The position numbers and the translations under genes were made by a program. The notes beneath the pieces were generated by a model that worked only from the letters and a program-made list of their open reading frames with translations, was not told the DNA's origin and searched no databases. DNA of 64,000 bases from positions 2,040 through 66,039 of the IMG/VR virus record IMGVR_UViG_3300010259_000001; one strand, 5' to 3'. The stretch comes from a virus. The first letter of the stretch is position 1, and each line of letters begins with the position of its first letter. Positions 42,703 to 51,784 of the stretch are shown piece after piece.

Positions 42703-44377
42703 TAATATTAAACTACTATATATAGACCTGTTCTGTGGGGCTGGCGGCACCAGTACAGGTGTTGAAAAGGCAACCTTTCACGGTAGTAAGTGCGCCAAGG
42801 TCATTGCCTGTGTCAATCACGATGCCAACGCTATAGCATCCCACGCTGCCAACCATCCCGATGCACTCCACTTCACGGAGGACATTCGTACACTTGAACT
42901 ATCTCCACTCGTTGCGCACACAGAACGCTTGCGCCTACTTCATCCCGATGCTTACCTGGTACTATGGGCCAGCCTTGAATGTACCAACTTCAGCAAAGCA
43001 AAGGGAGGGATGCCACGCGATGCAGACAGCCGTACACTTGCAGAACATTTGTTCCGATACATCGAGGCTCTGCGTCCCGACTACATTCAGATTGAAAACG
43101 TGGAGGAATTTATGTCATGGGGCGACATGGACGAGAACGGACACCCTATCAGCAAGGACAAAGGAAAGTCGTATGTTCGTTGGGTGAACAACGTCTGCAA
43201 ATATGGCTATTACTTCGACTGGCGCATACTCAATGCTGCGGACTATGGTGCATACACCAGTCGTAAGCGTTTTTTCGGGCAGTTTGCCCTGCATGGTCTG
43301 CCTATCGCTTTCCCCAAAGCCACACATGCCAAATGCCCTGCAAAGTATGAGCATAGCCTGTTCCCTGCCGACAACATGCAGCCTTGGAAGCCTGTGCGCG
43401 AAGTCCTCGACCTCAACGACGAGGGAGAAAGCATCTTCGGGCGCAAGAAACCGCTTGTCGAGAAAACACTGGAGCGTATCTATGCTGGGCTGATAAAGTT
43501 TGTTGCTGGCGGCAAGGAGGCTTTCATCGTGAAGTGGAACAGCGTCAACGGAAAGACAGGCAAGTATGTACCGCCAAGCATCGACGAACCTTGCCCTACT
43601 GTTGCGACACAGAACCGCCTCGGCGTGGCAAAGGTACAGTTCCTAAGCAAACAATTCGGTGGCGACCCAGCAGGAAAGAACATCAGCGTAGAAGAACCTG
43701 CTGGCACAATCACTTGCCGTGACCACCACGCATTTGTATCGGCTCACAATGGTAATGGCTACAACACTTCTGTAGATGCTCCTGCGCCTACGCTTACGTG
43801 TAAAGACCGCCTCGGACTGGTAACAAGCAACTTTCTTGAAATGCAATACGGCAACGGCACACCTGCAAGCACTGACGAACCGGCACCAGCCGTAACCACC
43901 AATCCAAAGCATAATCTTGTCAGCGTGAAGCCGTGGATAATGAACACCAACTATGGCAATGTAGGAAGTTCCATCGACGAGCCATCACAGACGATAACGG
44001 CAAACAGGAAGTGGCACTATCTTATGAACCCACAATTTGCCAACAAAGGAGGCAGCATCGACAAGCCTTGCTTCACGCTCATTGCCCGGATGGATAAGAT
44101 GCCGCCGTATCTTGTCAGCACAAAGGAGGGGCTTACCATTGAGGTTTACGAGACTGACAGTCCTGCAACCATACAAATCAAGGAGTTTATGGCTCTCTAT
44201 TGTATTGCAGACATTCGTATGCGTATGCTTCGTATTCCCGAACTAAAACGTATCATGGGCTTTCCCGAAGATTACACGCTCATTGGCACACAGGCAGAGC
44301 AAAAGAAGTTCATCGGCAATGCCGTTGAGGTGAACATGGCACGTGTCCTTTGCGAAGCTCTTTGCAAAAAACTATAA
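42695..44377 (+). CDS. DNA cytosine-5 methyltransferase
   Basis: Motif I LYIDLFCGAGGTSTG. Motif IV LWASLECTNFS (E-C instead of P-C). ENV IQIENVEEF. NAADYGAYTSRKRFF. Motif X KFIGNAVEVNMA. Start at the internal ATG 42695; 560 aa. Confidence 0.8.
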   Translation: MTDNIKLLYIDLFCGAGGTSTGVEKATFHGSKCAKVIACVNHDANAIASHAANHPDALHFTEDIRTLELSPLVAHTERLRLLHPDAYLVLWASLECTNFSKAKGGMPRDADSRTLAEHLFRYIEALRPDYIQIENVEEFMSWGDMDENGHPISKDKGKSYVRWVNNVCKYGYYFDWRILNAADYGAYTSRKRFFGQFALHGLPIAFPKATHAKCPAKYEHSLFPADNMQPWKPVREVLDLNDEGESIFGRKKPLVEKTLERIYAGLIKFVAGGKEAFIVKWNSVNGKTGKYVPPSIDEPCPTVATQNRLGVAKVQFLSKQFGGDPAGKNISVEEPAGTITCRDHHAFVSAHNGNGYNTSVDAPAPTLTCKDRLGLVTSNFLEMQYGNGTPASTDEPAPAVTTNPKHNLVSVKPWIMNTNYGNVGSSIDEPSQTITANRKWHYLMNPQFANKGGSIDKPCFTLIARMDKMPPYLVSTKEGLTIEVYETDSPATIQIKEFMALYCIADIRMRMLRIPELKRIMGFPEDYTLIGTQAEQKKFIGNAVEVNMARVLCEALCKKL

Positions 44378-44381
44378 GAAT

Positions 44382-45347
44382 ATGGAAATAGAAATCAACA
44401 CCACCTATAACATGGATTGCCTAAAAGGGCTTCGGAATATGGCGGACAATTCTGTGGACTGCTGCATCACATCACCGCCTTATTTCGGACTCCGTGACTA
44501 CTGTGTTGATGGGCAGATAGGTTTGGAGAAGTCGCCAAATGAGTATGTTTCAAAAATGGTTAAGGTTTTTCGTGAAGTGTATCGTGTACTGAAACCGACA
44601 GGCACATTGTGGCTGAATATCGGCGACTGCTATGCTGGAGGCAACAAAGGCGCGGCCGCTTATCCCGATAACGCCAAGAAATATAAGCAGGGAACTAACA
44701 GGGGAACTGTTGGTAACAGGACTGCTTACAGGTATCAGACAACCTGTAAGGATAAAGATTTAATCGGTATTCCTTGGATGCTCGCTTTCGCTCTGCGTGA
44801 TAAGGTTGGTTTCTATCTACGTCAAGATATAATATGGCACAAGCCAAACCCGATGCCGGAAAGTGTTCTTGACCGTTGCACAAAGGCACACGAATACATC
44901 TTCCTGTTCTCAAAGTCCAGTCGCTATTACTTCAACCATGAGGAAATGCAGGAGCAAGCGGTATGTGCTGCCGTTGAACGACAAGAGAACCCACCTCGCT
45001 ATGGTGGCAATAAATACACGGCTACGCCCGACAAGTTCAACCGCACAAAAAGCGGTAATGCCTACGCCTATACAGGCAAGCGAAACAAACGTGACGTGTG
45101 GACTGTCAGCACTAAGCCCGAAAAGAGTGCGCACTTTGCAGCCTATCCGAAAGAACTGATTGAGCCTTGCGTCCTCGCTGGCTGTCCAAATGGCGGTGTC
45201 GTTCTTGACCCTTTTATGGGAACAGGCACTACGGCCATGGTAGCAAGAATGTACGGACGCAACTTTATCGGCTTTGAACTAAATGCCGATTACATGAGTA
45301 TCATCAACAAGAAAATTCAAGTAACACCAAATATGTTTTATCTATGA
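44382..45347 (+). CDS. beta-class N4-cytosine/N6-adenine DNA methyltransferase
   Basis: VDCCITSPPYFGLRDY (motif IV) precedes VVLDPFMGTGTTAMVA (motif I). Start at the internal ATG 44382. Confidence 0.8.
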   Translation: MEIEINTTYNMDCLKGLRNMADNSVDCCITSPPYFGLRDYCVDGQIGLEKSPNEYVSKMVKVFREVYRVLKPTGTLWLNIGDCYAGGNKGAAAYPDNAKKYKQGTNRGTVGNRTAYRYQTTCKDKDLIGIPWMLAFALRDKVGFYLRQDIIWHKPNPMPESVLDRCTKAHEYIFLFSKSSRYYFNHEEMQEQAVCAAVERQENPPRYGGNKYTATPDKFNRTKSGNAYAYTGKRNKRDVWTVSTKPEKSAHFAAYPKELIEPCVLAGCPNGGVVLDPFMGTGTTAMVARMYGRNFIGFELNADYMSIINKKIQVTPNMFYL

Positions 45348-45796
45348 AAACCTATTATCTTACATTATCAAAAGTATTCCCATCTACCCATGCCAAGGCA
45401 GGTATGAATACATGCTTTGAGGAGAAACTTCGCGTATATAAGTTGCACACCATCAGAGCAAATTATGAGTATTGGAAGAAACGCTTTGAGCAAATTGCCG
45501 CTGGCGAGGCTTGCCTTTCCATCCGTCAGTGGGTTGGCAAACCTTATGGAAAAGGTTCTACACAACGAGAGATAGTCCGTCTTACTCGTGAAGATGGTAT
45601 CGGCATACAGAAACTGAGAATTTATGAGCATGAGCCTTTCCCAGTTGTGTATGCTGATAGGTACACTACGCCTGTTGACTGGCAGGAACTCGCAAACAAC
45701 GATGGGCTTTCTCTCAATGACTGGCGAGAGTGGTTCAAAGGTTACGACCTCACAAAGCCAATGGCAATCATTCACTTTACACCATTCAGATATTAG
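45344..45796 (+). CDS. hypothetical protein (ASCH/PUA-like, speculative)
   Basis: 150 aa, with YKLHTIRANYEYWKKRF. ATGA overlap with the methyltransferase stop. Confidence 0.55.
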   Translation: MKTYYLTLSKVFPSTHAKAGMNTCFEEKLRVYKLHTIRANYEYWKKRFEQIAAGEACLSIRQWVGKPYGKGSTQREIVRLTREDGIGIQKLRIYEHEPFPVVYADRYTTPVDWQELANNDGLSLNDWREWFKGYDLTKPMAIIHFTPFRY

Positions 45797-45985
45797 CATA
45801 ATGGAAAAGTTTACCATTAAAGTTGACTTTTGTCAGACTGAAAGAGAAACTATAAAAGCACGACCAGCGGCTGACATTCTTGCTGAATGGTAGGCAGATT
45901 ATTATAGGAAACTTGGGGCTACTATCGTTTCTTATGGCTCTACACCGATAGAAGAAAAGAATATAAGAATTAAACTCAAATCAAT

Positions 45986-46315
45986 ATGAAACTCTACATC
46001 GCAACACCTATCAATGCTCGGCAAGAGCCGACAATGCGCGAGAAATTTCTCTCGGCAAAACATCGTGTCGAAATGCTGAAAGAAATCCTTGCGGATGATG
46101 TTCAGTTCAAAGACTACGAACTGATAAGCACTTTCGACTTTAACAATATGTATGACGCGGACGAAGAAAAGGCAATGTCACGGTGCATCTACCATGTCCT
46201 TACTTCAGATGCCATCTACCTTGACCACGGCTGGACTGCATCAAAAGGCTGCAACCTTGAATACCGTACAGCCAAAATCTACAGCAAACAGATTTTTGAA
46301 CATGATAAACTCTAA
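45986..46315 (+). CDS. DUF4406 / nucleoside deoxyribosyltransferase-like protein
   Basis: MKLYIATPINAR...SDAIYLDHGWTASKGCNLEYRTA. Confidence 0.5.
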   Translation: MKLYIATPINARQEPTMREKFLSAKHRVEMLKEILADDVQFKDYELISTFDFNNMYDADEEKAMSRCIYHVLTSDAIYLDHGWTASKGCNLEYRTAKIYSKQIFEHDKL

Positions 46316-46320
46316 ACATT

Positions 46321-46650
46321 ATGGCACAAGAAAACATTCCCAACGTAACCTTTGACGAACTGGTCGTTGAAGTAGAGAAGTCCTTAAAGGACATGCACAA
46401 AGAACTGCGCCGTCAGCGCAACAAGTATGGCGCAGAGTACAATTACAAGAACAACTATGAGCAGCTTAACAGACGCTTCGGAGAAGACCCTCGCAAACTG
46501 ATTGACGAGTACAATCTTATCCTCGATAAGAAGTCTAACCAGCCTGTTGCAGTCCGCGAACCCATCAAAGCGATAGTTGCCACAGCCATTAACCGCCTCA
46601 TCGCTGCCAAGATGAAAGAAGCAGAGGAAGCAGACAAATCCAAAACATAA
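46321..46650 (+). CDS. hypothetical protein
   Basis: 109 aa, helical and charged. Confidence 0.55.
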   Translation: MAQENIPNVTFDELVVEVEKSLKDMHKELRRQRNKYGAEYNYKNNYEQLNRRFGEDPRKLIDEYNLILDKKSNQPVAVREPIKAIVATAINRLIAAKMKEAEEADKSKT

Positions 46651-46709
46651 CAGGCGTTCACGCCTAAACAACGCTACCTTTGCAAGCGTACCCATAAGCA
46701 AGTGATGTC

Positions 46710-49472
46710 ATGATTAAAGAACTACAATACAAAGGATATGCCACTGAACCGTCAGACTATGAATGTCCCGACGGTCAGTTGGCTACGTCCTTGAACCTCA
46801 TCAATGAGGATAGTCAACTCAAACCAGTATTCCAGCCGTCTGAACTTGCAGAACTTCCAAGCGGCTATAAAGTAGTGTATATTCACGACACCAACACGTT
46901 CACCCATTACATTCTGCTCAACACAAGCACAAACAAATTGTATTGGATTGACGAAAGCATCATCACGGATGGTGCCGTAAAGCCTGTGTCAAGTGCGACG
47001 ATTGAAACGGAACTGGCTCAGACAAGCCCAAGCCGTGAACTCTATTCGTTTGGTTCAACTGAAATCTACAATGTCAATGGCATCGGTAACACGCTGATTG
47101 TTCTTACCGCCAATGGTATGCACTACCTGCTTTGGAAAGGCGACACAGAGGGATATCTGTATCTTGGTACACATCTACCCGAATTGCCTATCTCGTTTGG
47201 GTTGCAAGGCGAGGTGGTGCGCACTGACGTATTCAGTATTTCTTTTAATGGCATCGGCGAGGGCAGTCTTTGGAATGAATTTTCCGATGAAAACAAATCA
47301 CGCATAACAAGTCAAGTGCTGGCAAAGGTAAACAAGTTCATTGCTGACCAATCAACCAACGCTGGTAAATTCATCTTTCCTTTCCTTGTACGGTATGCTT
47401 ACAGGTTGTATGATGGTTCTCTTACTATGCACTCTGCGCCTATTCTCATGGTATGTTCTTCCGACCTCGCTCCACAGGTATTTTGGGAGCATGTAACAGG
47501 ACATGGCGAATATACCGATGCGCAGTTGCGTGTTGTTGGTGTAAGGCATACTCTTGACTATGCTGTTGTACTGGCTTCCCGTATTGATATGCTAAGACAG
47601 TGGAAAGATATTGTGCACTCAGTTGACATCTTTATCTCAAAGCCTATCTACACATACGACCAAAACGGACAATGCACAAGGTTCGCACAGTCAAGCGAAA
47701 TTAACTCTTTCTGTATCTGTAAGCACATCAATCAAGCTGCTGATACAAACACATACCCTTTGCGATACCAGTACAATACATTTAACAAGTTGTATGCGTT
47801 CACTTACAACCCGACAACTTTCACATACCCCTCTGGACGCTTGATGATACCGCAGCGTAGCACTGACCAGGTGAAATCCGATATACGTTCATGTTCCCAG
47901 TTCTATCTACTCAAAAGCATCAAGTTAGACGAACTGACAACTACGCGCACGGCTGTTTCCGTTGAAGAAGATTATTTGCAATCTCTTGTGAATAGAGAGG
48001 TTATGACAGACGACTTTGACAGTCATGATGTATTGATACCGCAATACTCTTTTGCATATAACTCACGACTGAACATTGCCAATCTAAAAAAGAAACTTTA
48101 CGATACTTTCAATGCCGGAGCAATGTTCTGTTATACCGATGGCTATGTTCAGAACTTTTCTAACGATTCACCAACTATTATTGACCGCAAAGCCTCATGG
48201 GGTGTCTATTTCTTCATAAAGCAGGACGGACGCGACATCATTGTGCAGGGAGAGGCTTTTGTTATGAGTGTGCAAGCGCGTCTATTATTTTTCTATTATC
48301 CAAACGTCAACGCATATAAGGCAGTATTCTACCGATATGATAACTTCTATGATGCCTACGAGGTGCCACTGGAGGCACACGGTTTCCTAAATGGAGCATT
48401 TTATTTTGGTGGATGGGATAACGCCACAAAAACTACATCATTGCCGTCTGAGTCAAGTGAGGCAATACGCACAATAGATGTTCCCAACAAAATCTACACC
48501 TCCGAAGTCAATAACCCATTCCACTTCCCTGTTTTGGGCATCAACACCGTAGGTACTGGCACCATCCTCGGCATATCTGCTGCGGCAAAAGCAATGTCGC
48601 AAGGTCAGTTCGGACAGTTCCCACTATACGCTTTCACCACTGAGGGCGTTTGGGCGTTGGAGGTGTCTTCCACTGGCTCATACTCTGCACGTCAGCCTAT
48701 CACGCGAGACGTGTGTATCAATACTGACAGCATTACGCAGATAGATAGTTCAGTTCTCTTTGCCACAGACAGGGGCATTATGCTTATCAGTGGTTCACAG
48801 ACACAGTGCATCACGGATAACATCTTCAGCGAAGCACCGTTCAATGTGCTTGACCTGCCCGGCATCGGCCAACTACACACAAAACTCGGACACTCTGCAG
48901 ATGCTTGTCTGCCCATGAAGCCGTTCCTCGGTTTCCTTGCAGGGTGTCAGATGGTTTACGACTATGTGCATCAGCGTATCTTTGTGTATAACCCTACAAA
49001 GGAGAATGTCACACCCAAATACACATACGCCTACGTCTTCTCTCTCAAATCGAAAATGTGGGGCATGGTGTTCACAAACCTTGCATCAACCATCAACGCA
49101 TATCCCGAAGCACTGGCAATGACACACGATAACAAACTGGTGTCATTCTCCGAAACCGACGAGCAGGTGTGCAAGGGTCTTTACATTACCCGACCGCTCA
49201 AACTGGAGGCTGCCGATGTTCATAAGACAATCTCCGCACTCATCCAGCGCGGACACTTCCAGCGTGGCGATGTCGGCACGGTGCTGTACGGCTCACGCGA
49301 CCTTTTCTCTTGGCACCTCGTTTGGTCTTCAAAAGACCATTACCTGCGTGGGTTCAGAGGTACACCATACAAGTATTTCCGAATAGCAGGATTGGCGACA
49401 CTCACCGATGGCAAGTCCATCTTCGGCGCATCAGTCAACTTCGAGCCTCGCCATACAAACCAGTTACGATAA
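46710..49472 (+). CDS. large hypothetical protein (920 aa)
   Basis: Last gene of the rightward transcription unit. Beta-rich sequence (VNNPFHFPVLGINTVGTGTILGISAAAKAMSQGQFGQFPLYAFTTEGVWALE). No assignable motif. Confidence 0.75.
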   Translation: MIKELQYKGYATEPSDYECPDGQLATSLNLINEDSQLKPVFQPSELAELPSGYKVVYIHDTNTFTHYILLNTSTNKLYWIDESIITDGAVKPVSSATIETELAQTSPSRELYSFGSTEIYNVNGIGNTLIVLTANGMHYLLWKGDTEGYLYLGTHLPELPISFGLQGEVVRTDVFSISFNGIGEGSLWNEFSDENKSRITSQVLAKVNKFIADQSTNAGKFIFPFLVRYAYRLYDGSLTMHSAPILMVCSSDLAPQVFWEHVTGHGEYTDAQLRVVGVRHTLDYAVVLASRIDMLRQWKDIVHSVDIFISKPIYTYDQNGQCTRFAQSSEINSFCICKHINQAADTNTYPLRYQYNTFNKLYAFTYNPTTFTYPSGRLMIPQRSTDQVKSDIRSCSQFYLLKSIKLDELTTTRTAVSVEEDYLQSLVNREVMTDDFDSHDVLIPQYSFAYNSRLNIANLKKKLYDTFNAGAMFCYTDGYVQNFSNDSPTIIDRKASWGVYFFIKQDGRDIIVQGEAFVMSVQARLLFFYYPNVNAYKAVFYRYDNFYDAYEVPLEAHGFLNGAFYFGGWDNATKTTSLPSESSEAIRTIDVPNKIYTSEVNNPFHFPVLGINTVGTGTILGISAAAKAMSQGQFGQFPLYAFTTEGVWALEVSSTGSYSARQPITRDVCINTDSITQIDSSVLFATDRGIMLISGSQTQCITDNIFSEAPFNVLDLPGIGQLHTKLGHSADACLPMKPFLGFLAGCQMVYDYVHQRIFVYNPTKENVTPKYTYAYVFSLKSKMWGMVFTNLASTINAYPEALAMTHDNKLVSFSETDEQVCKGLYITRPLKLEAADVHKTISALIQRGHFQRGDVGTVLYGSRDLFSWHLVWSSKDHYLRGFRGTPYKYFRIAGLATLTDGKSIFGASVNFEPRHTNQLR

Positions 49473-49534
49473 CTTTGTGTTTTTCATAGTATTGATTTAG
49501 GTTTTAGATTTAGTTTTTTAAGGTAAAAACAAGA

Positions 49535-49566
49535 AACGCACCCGTCTGTGAAGATAGGTGCGTTTT
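49535..49566. terminator. bidirectional intrinsic terminator between convergent units
   Basis: AACGCACC-(14 nt)-GGTGCGTT followed by tttt. The minus side is followed by a T-rich tract. A second hairpin CCTGCC-cggttt-GGCAGG lies at 49583-49600. Confidence 0.65.
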
Positions 49567-49607
49567 CCTTGTCGGGATAGTTCCTGCCCGGTTTGGCAGG
49601 TGTATTG

Positions 49608-50162
49608 TTACCAGGGGTGTGTTGCTCTTGTGAATGCTTTTCTGCGCAGGTTCTTGACTTCTTCTATTTCCTTTTTGATAGCCTCAGCCTTGGCAGTCCA
49701 GTTGGCTGCTGCTTGCGGATTGGTGATGCTCAACCAGTCTGCCAGCACACAATACACCATAAACTCATGTATCAATTTCGATAAGTGGTGCATCGTGGTA
49801 CGCGACATGGTGTTAGGCACATTCAATTCCACGACATACTCTTCGGGAGCGTGTAGGCAGTTGTCTATTTCCTCCTCGATGGGTTCAGCCTTGGTGTAAG
49901 GGAATAGCATTTCTATCACTGCGGTATGGACTACGGCAAGTATGCGGCTCACCCTGTCCACGTTGCCCTCCTCGCCAATCTCGGCAAGCACATGTTGGGC
50001 GTGTTGCTTTTCTTCACCCATCACGTCTGCCTCAACAAAGGCATAGTTCTTGATGTCGTAAAGCAACTGGTTACGCAGAAATTTCAGACGTACTACGCGC
50101 TTGTCACTGTTGTTGCTCGCGTTTGTAGTGCCGTCGGTGTTACAGATACCACAATAGTCCAT
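49608..50162 (-). CDS. hypothetical protein, paralog set member 1
   Basis: 184 aa. IHEFMVYCVLADWLSIT and C-terminal NLRRKAFTRATHPW align with the two upstream genes. Confidence 0.65.
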   Translation of the reverse strand: MDYCGICNTDGTTNASNNSDKRVVRLKFLRNQLLYDIKNYAFVEADVMGEEKQHAQHVLAEIGEEGNVDRVSRILAVVHTAVIEMLFPYTKAEPIEEEIDNCLHAPEEYVVELNVPNTMSRTTMHHLSKLIHEFMVYCVLADWLSITNPQAAANWTAKAEAIKKEIEEVKNLRRKAFTRATHPW

Positions 50163-50190
50163 AGTAATTTTTTCATTTTTTGATTAACTG

Positions 50191-50709
50191 TTAGGGCGTG
50201 TACGTCGGACGCTCGGGACGACTGCGCTTGTAGAGGGCTTTCTTTGCTCTGCCAAGTGCTGCCTCGGCATCTACTTTGCAAGCCTCCGCAATCTCCGGGC
50301 AGGTCTGACGATACCACTCATAGATACTGCGACCCACAACAAACTCATGGATGCCTCCACCGAGAGCGTCGGCGGCTGCACTGTTGTAGTTGCTTGGCAG
50401 CAGGAAGTTGATGGTGATAGCGTTGCCGTTCTCCACATCGCTGTCGATGAGGTTATCGGTCGCCGTCGTTGTCTCGTTCAGATACTCACCCAACTCCACC
50501 TTGGTCTCTGCAATAGCGTTGCTAATGGCGCGGATAAGTTCATACGAGTTCTCCAAGTCTTCGCTCGCCTGCATGTGAGCTGCTGCCTCATAGTTGAGTT
50601 TGCCCGCTGCTTGCAGACTGCGTGCTGTCACGTGCGTCTTATTCATAATCGCAAACTTCAGTTCCTTGGTCTGAATGGTGACAGCAAGATTTTTTTTGTT
50701 CTCTGCCAT
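50191..50709 (-). CDS. hypothetical protein, paralog set member 2
   Basis: 172 aa. IHEFVVGRSIYEWYRQT and C-terminal KKALYKRSRPERPTYTP. Confidence 0.65.
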   Translation of the reverse strand: MAENKKNLAVTIQTKELKFAIMNKTHVTARSLQAAGKLNYEAAAHMQASEDLENSYELIRAISNAIAETKVELGEYLNETTTATDNLIDSDVENGNAITINFLLPSNYNSAAADALGGGIHEFVVGRSIYEWYRQTCPEIAEACKVDAEAALGRAKKALYKRSRPERPTYTP

Positions 50710-50747
50710 GATGATGAAAAATTTAATGGGGTTATTTACTCTCTTTA

Positions 50748-51203
50748 TTAGTCGTAGGTCGGGCGCGTAGGCTTCTTCTTGAAGAATGCTTTTTCCTTAA
50801 CATCGTCAAGGATGCTCTTGCCGACGGTGGCGAAATCTCCAGCCTCTTTCTTGTTGGTGAACACATACCACTTGGCGGTGATGCTCTGAACGAAGTAGGA
50901 GAACAAGCCCAACTCCATACCAGGCTGCAAGGCTGTGTCGAAAGCCACTGACACATTCAGTACAAGTTGATAGGTGTCGCCGTCTTCTGCCATGCCCTCC
51001 GACACAAGCATACGGATAAATGCCTGTGCCACTTCTGCACGGCTCTCATCCCAAAAGCGTTGCAACTCCGACTGGTCTTCATCAACGGTAGTGATACGCT
51101 CGTAGGCATTTGCGTCGTCGTCCATCTTTGCGCCAGTGTAACTGGTGGTCTGTGCAACCTCCTTGAACACTGCCGACTTGCTGATTGATAAAATGATGTT
51201 CAT
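50748..51203 (-). CDS. hypothetical protein, paralog set member 3
   Basis: 151 aa. LFSYFVQSITAKWYVFT and C-terminal KEKAFFKKKPTRPTYD. Confidence 0.65.
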   Translation of the reverse strand: MNIILSISKSAVFKEVAQTTSYTGAKMDDDANAYERITTVDEDQSELQRFWDESRAEVAQAFIRMLVSEGMAEDGDTYQLVLNVSVAFDTALQPGMELGLFSYFVQSITAKWYVFTNKKEAGDFATVGKSILDDVKEKAFFKKKPTRPTYD

Positions 51204-51205
51204 AG

Positions 51206-51784
51206 TTAAAAACTGATTATACTGTATGTGATGCCGATGCCGATGTACGGCTCTGCCTGTTTACTATTAAATCCGTACCCGTATCCTCCCGTGATACCGA
51301 TGTGCCATTTATTAGGAGGCTTGTAACTGCGCTCATGAATGACGGTGGTTTTCGGAAACACAAAGATGCTGTCAAGGTTCGGCTCATAGCCACTGACGTA
51401 GGCGCGGTAATCCTCATTCTCATAGCGTTTCTGTGTGATGGGGATTGCCACCGCTGCGCTGTCGCTGTCAACTGACGCATACAGCGGCGGTATATTTTCC
51501 CCATTATTTTGCGCATAATTTTCAGCCAAAAATGTGTCGGTCTTGTTGGTCGTGCTGCTATCACGACGCTTGACTGGCAGGGTTCTTGTCACATACTTAA
51601 TCACCATGCTGTCTTTCGGCACAGGCTGGTAATATGGTATGGTGTCAATGTAGGTGCTGGTGTCGCGCTCACTCACATAGTCCGTCGCCTTGCTACGACC
51701 GAACACACCATAACCGATGATGCCTCCAAGCACCAGTCCGACAAGCATGAATACCAGTGCGGCTTTTACTGCTTCTTTGTTCAT
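51206..51784 (-). CDS. membrane-anchored lysis-accessory candidate
   Basis: 192 aa. N-terminal TM segment ALVFMLVGLVLGGIIGYGVF. C-terminus KWHIGITGGYGYGFNSKQAEPYIGIGITYSIISF (aromatic/Gly beta-strand-like, terminal Phe). ATGA-coupled to the amidase. Confidence 0.6.
   Translation of the reverse strand: MNKEAVKAALVFMLVGLVLGGIIGYGVFGRSKATDYVSERDTSTYIDTIPYYQPVPKDSMVIKYVTRTLPVKRRDSSTTNKTDTFLAENYAQNNGENIPPLYASVDSDSAAVAIPITQKRYENEDYRAYVSGYEPNLDSIFVFPKTTVIHERSYKPPNKWHIGITGGYGYGFNSKQAEPYIGIGITYSIISF

Noticed and set aside
45801-45988. A 30-codon ORF followed in-frame, after a TAG, by 31 more sense codons ending at the next gene start. I considered TAG readthrough or stop-codon recoding.
   Set aside because: TAG is the apparent terminator of terL (2628), the fibre gene (55664) and the acidic protein (31209). 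Nothing else suggests recoding, so this is probably chance in an AT-rich spacer.
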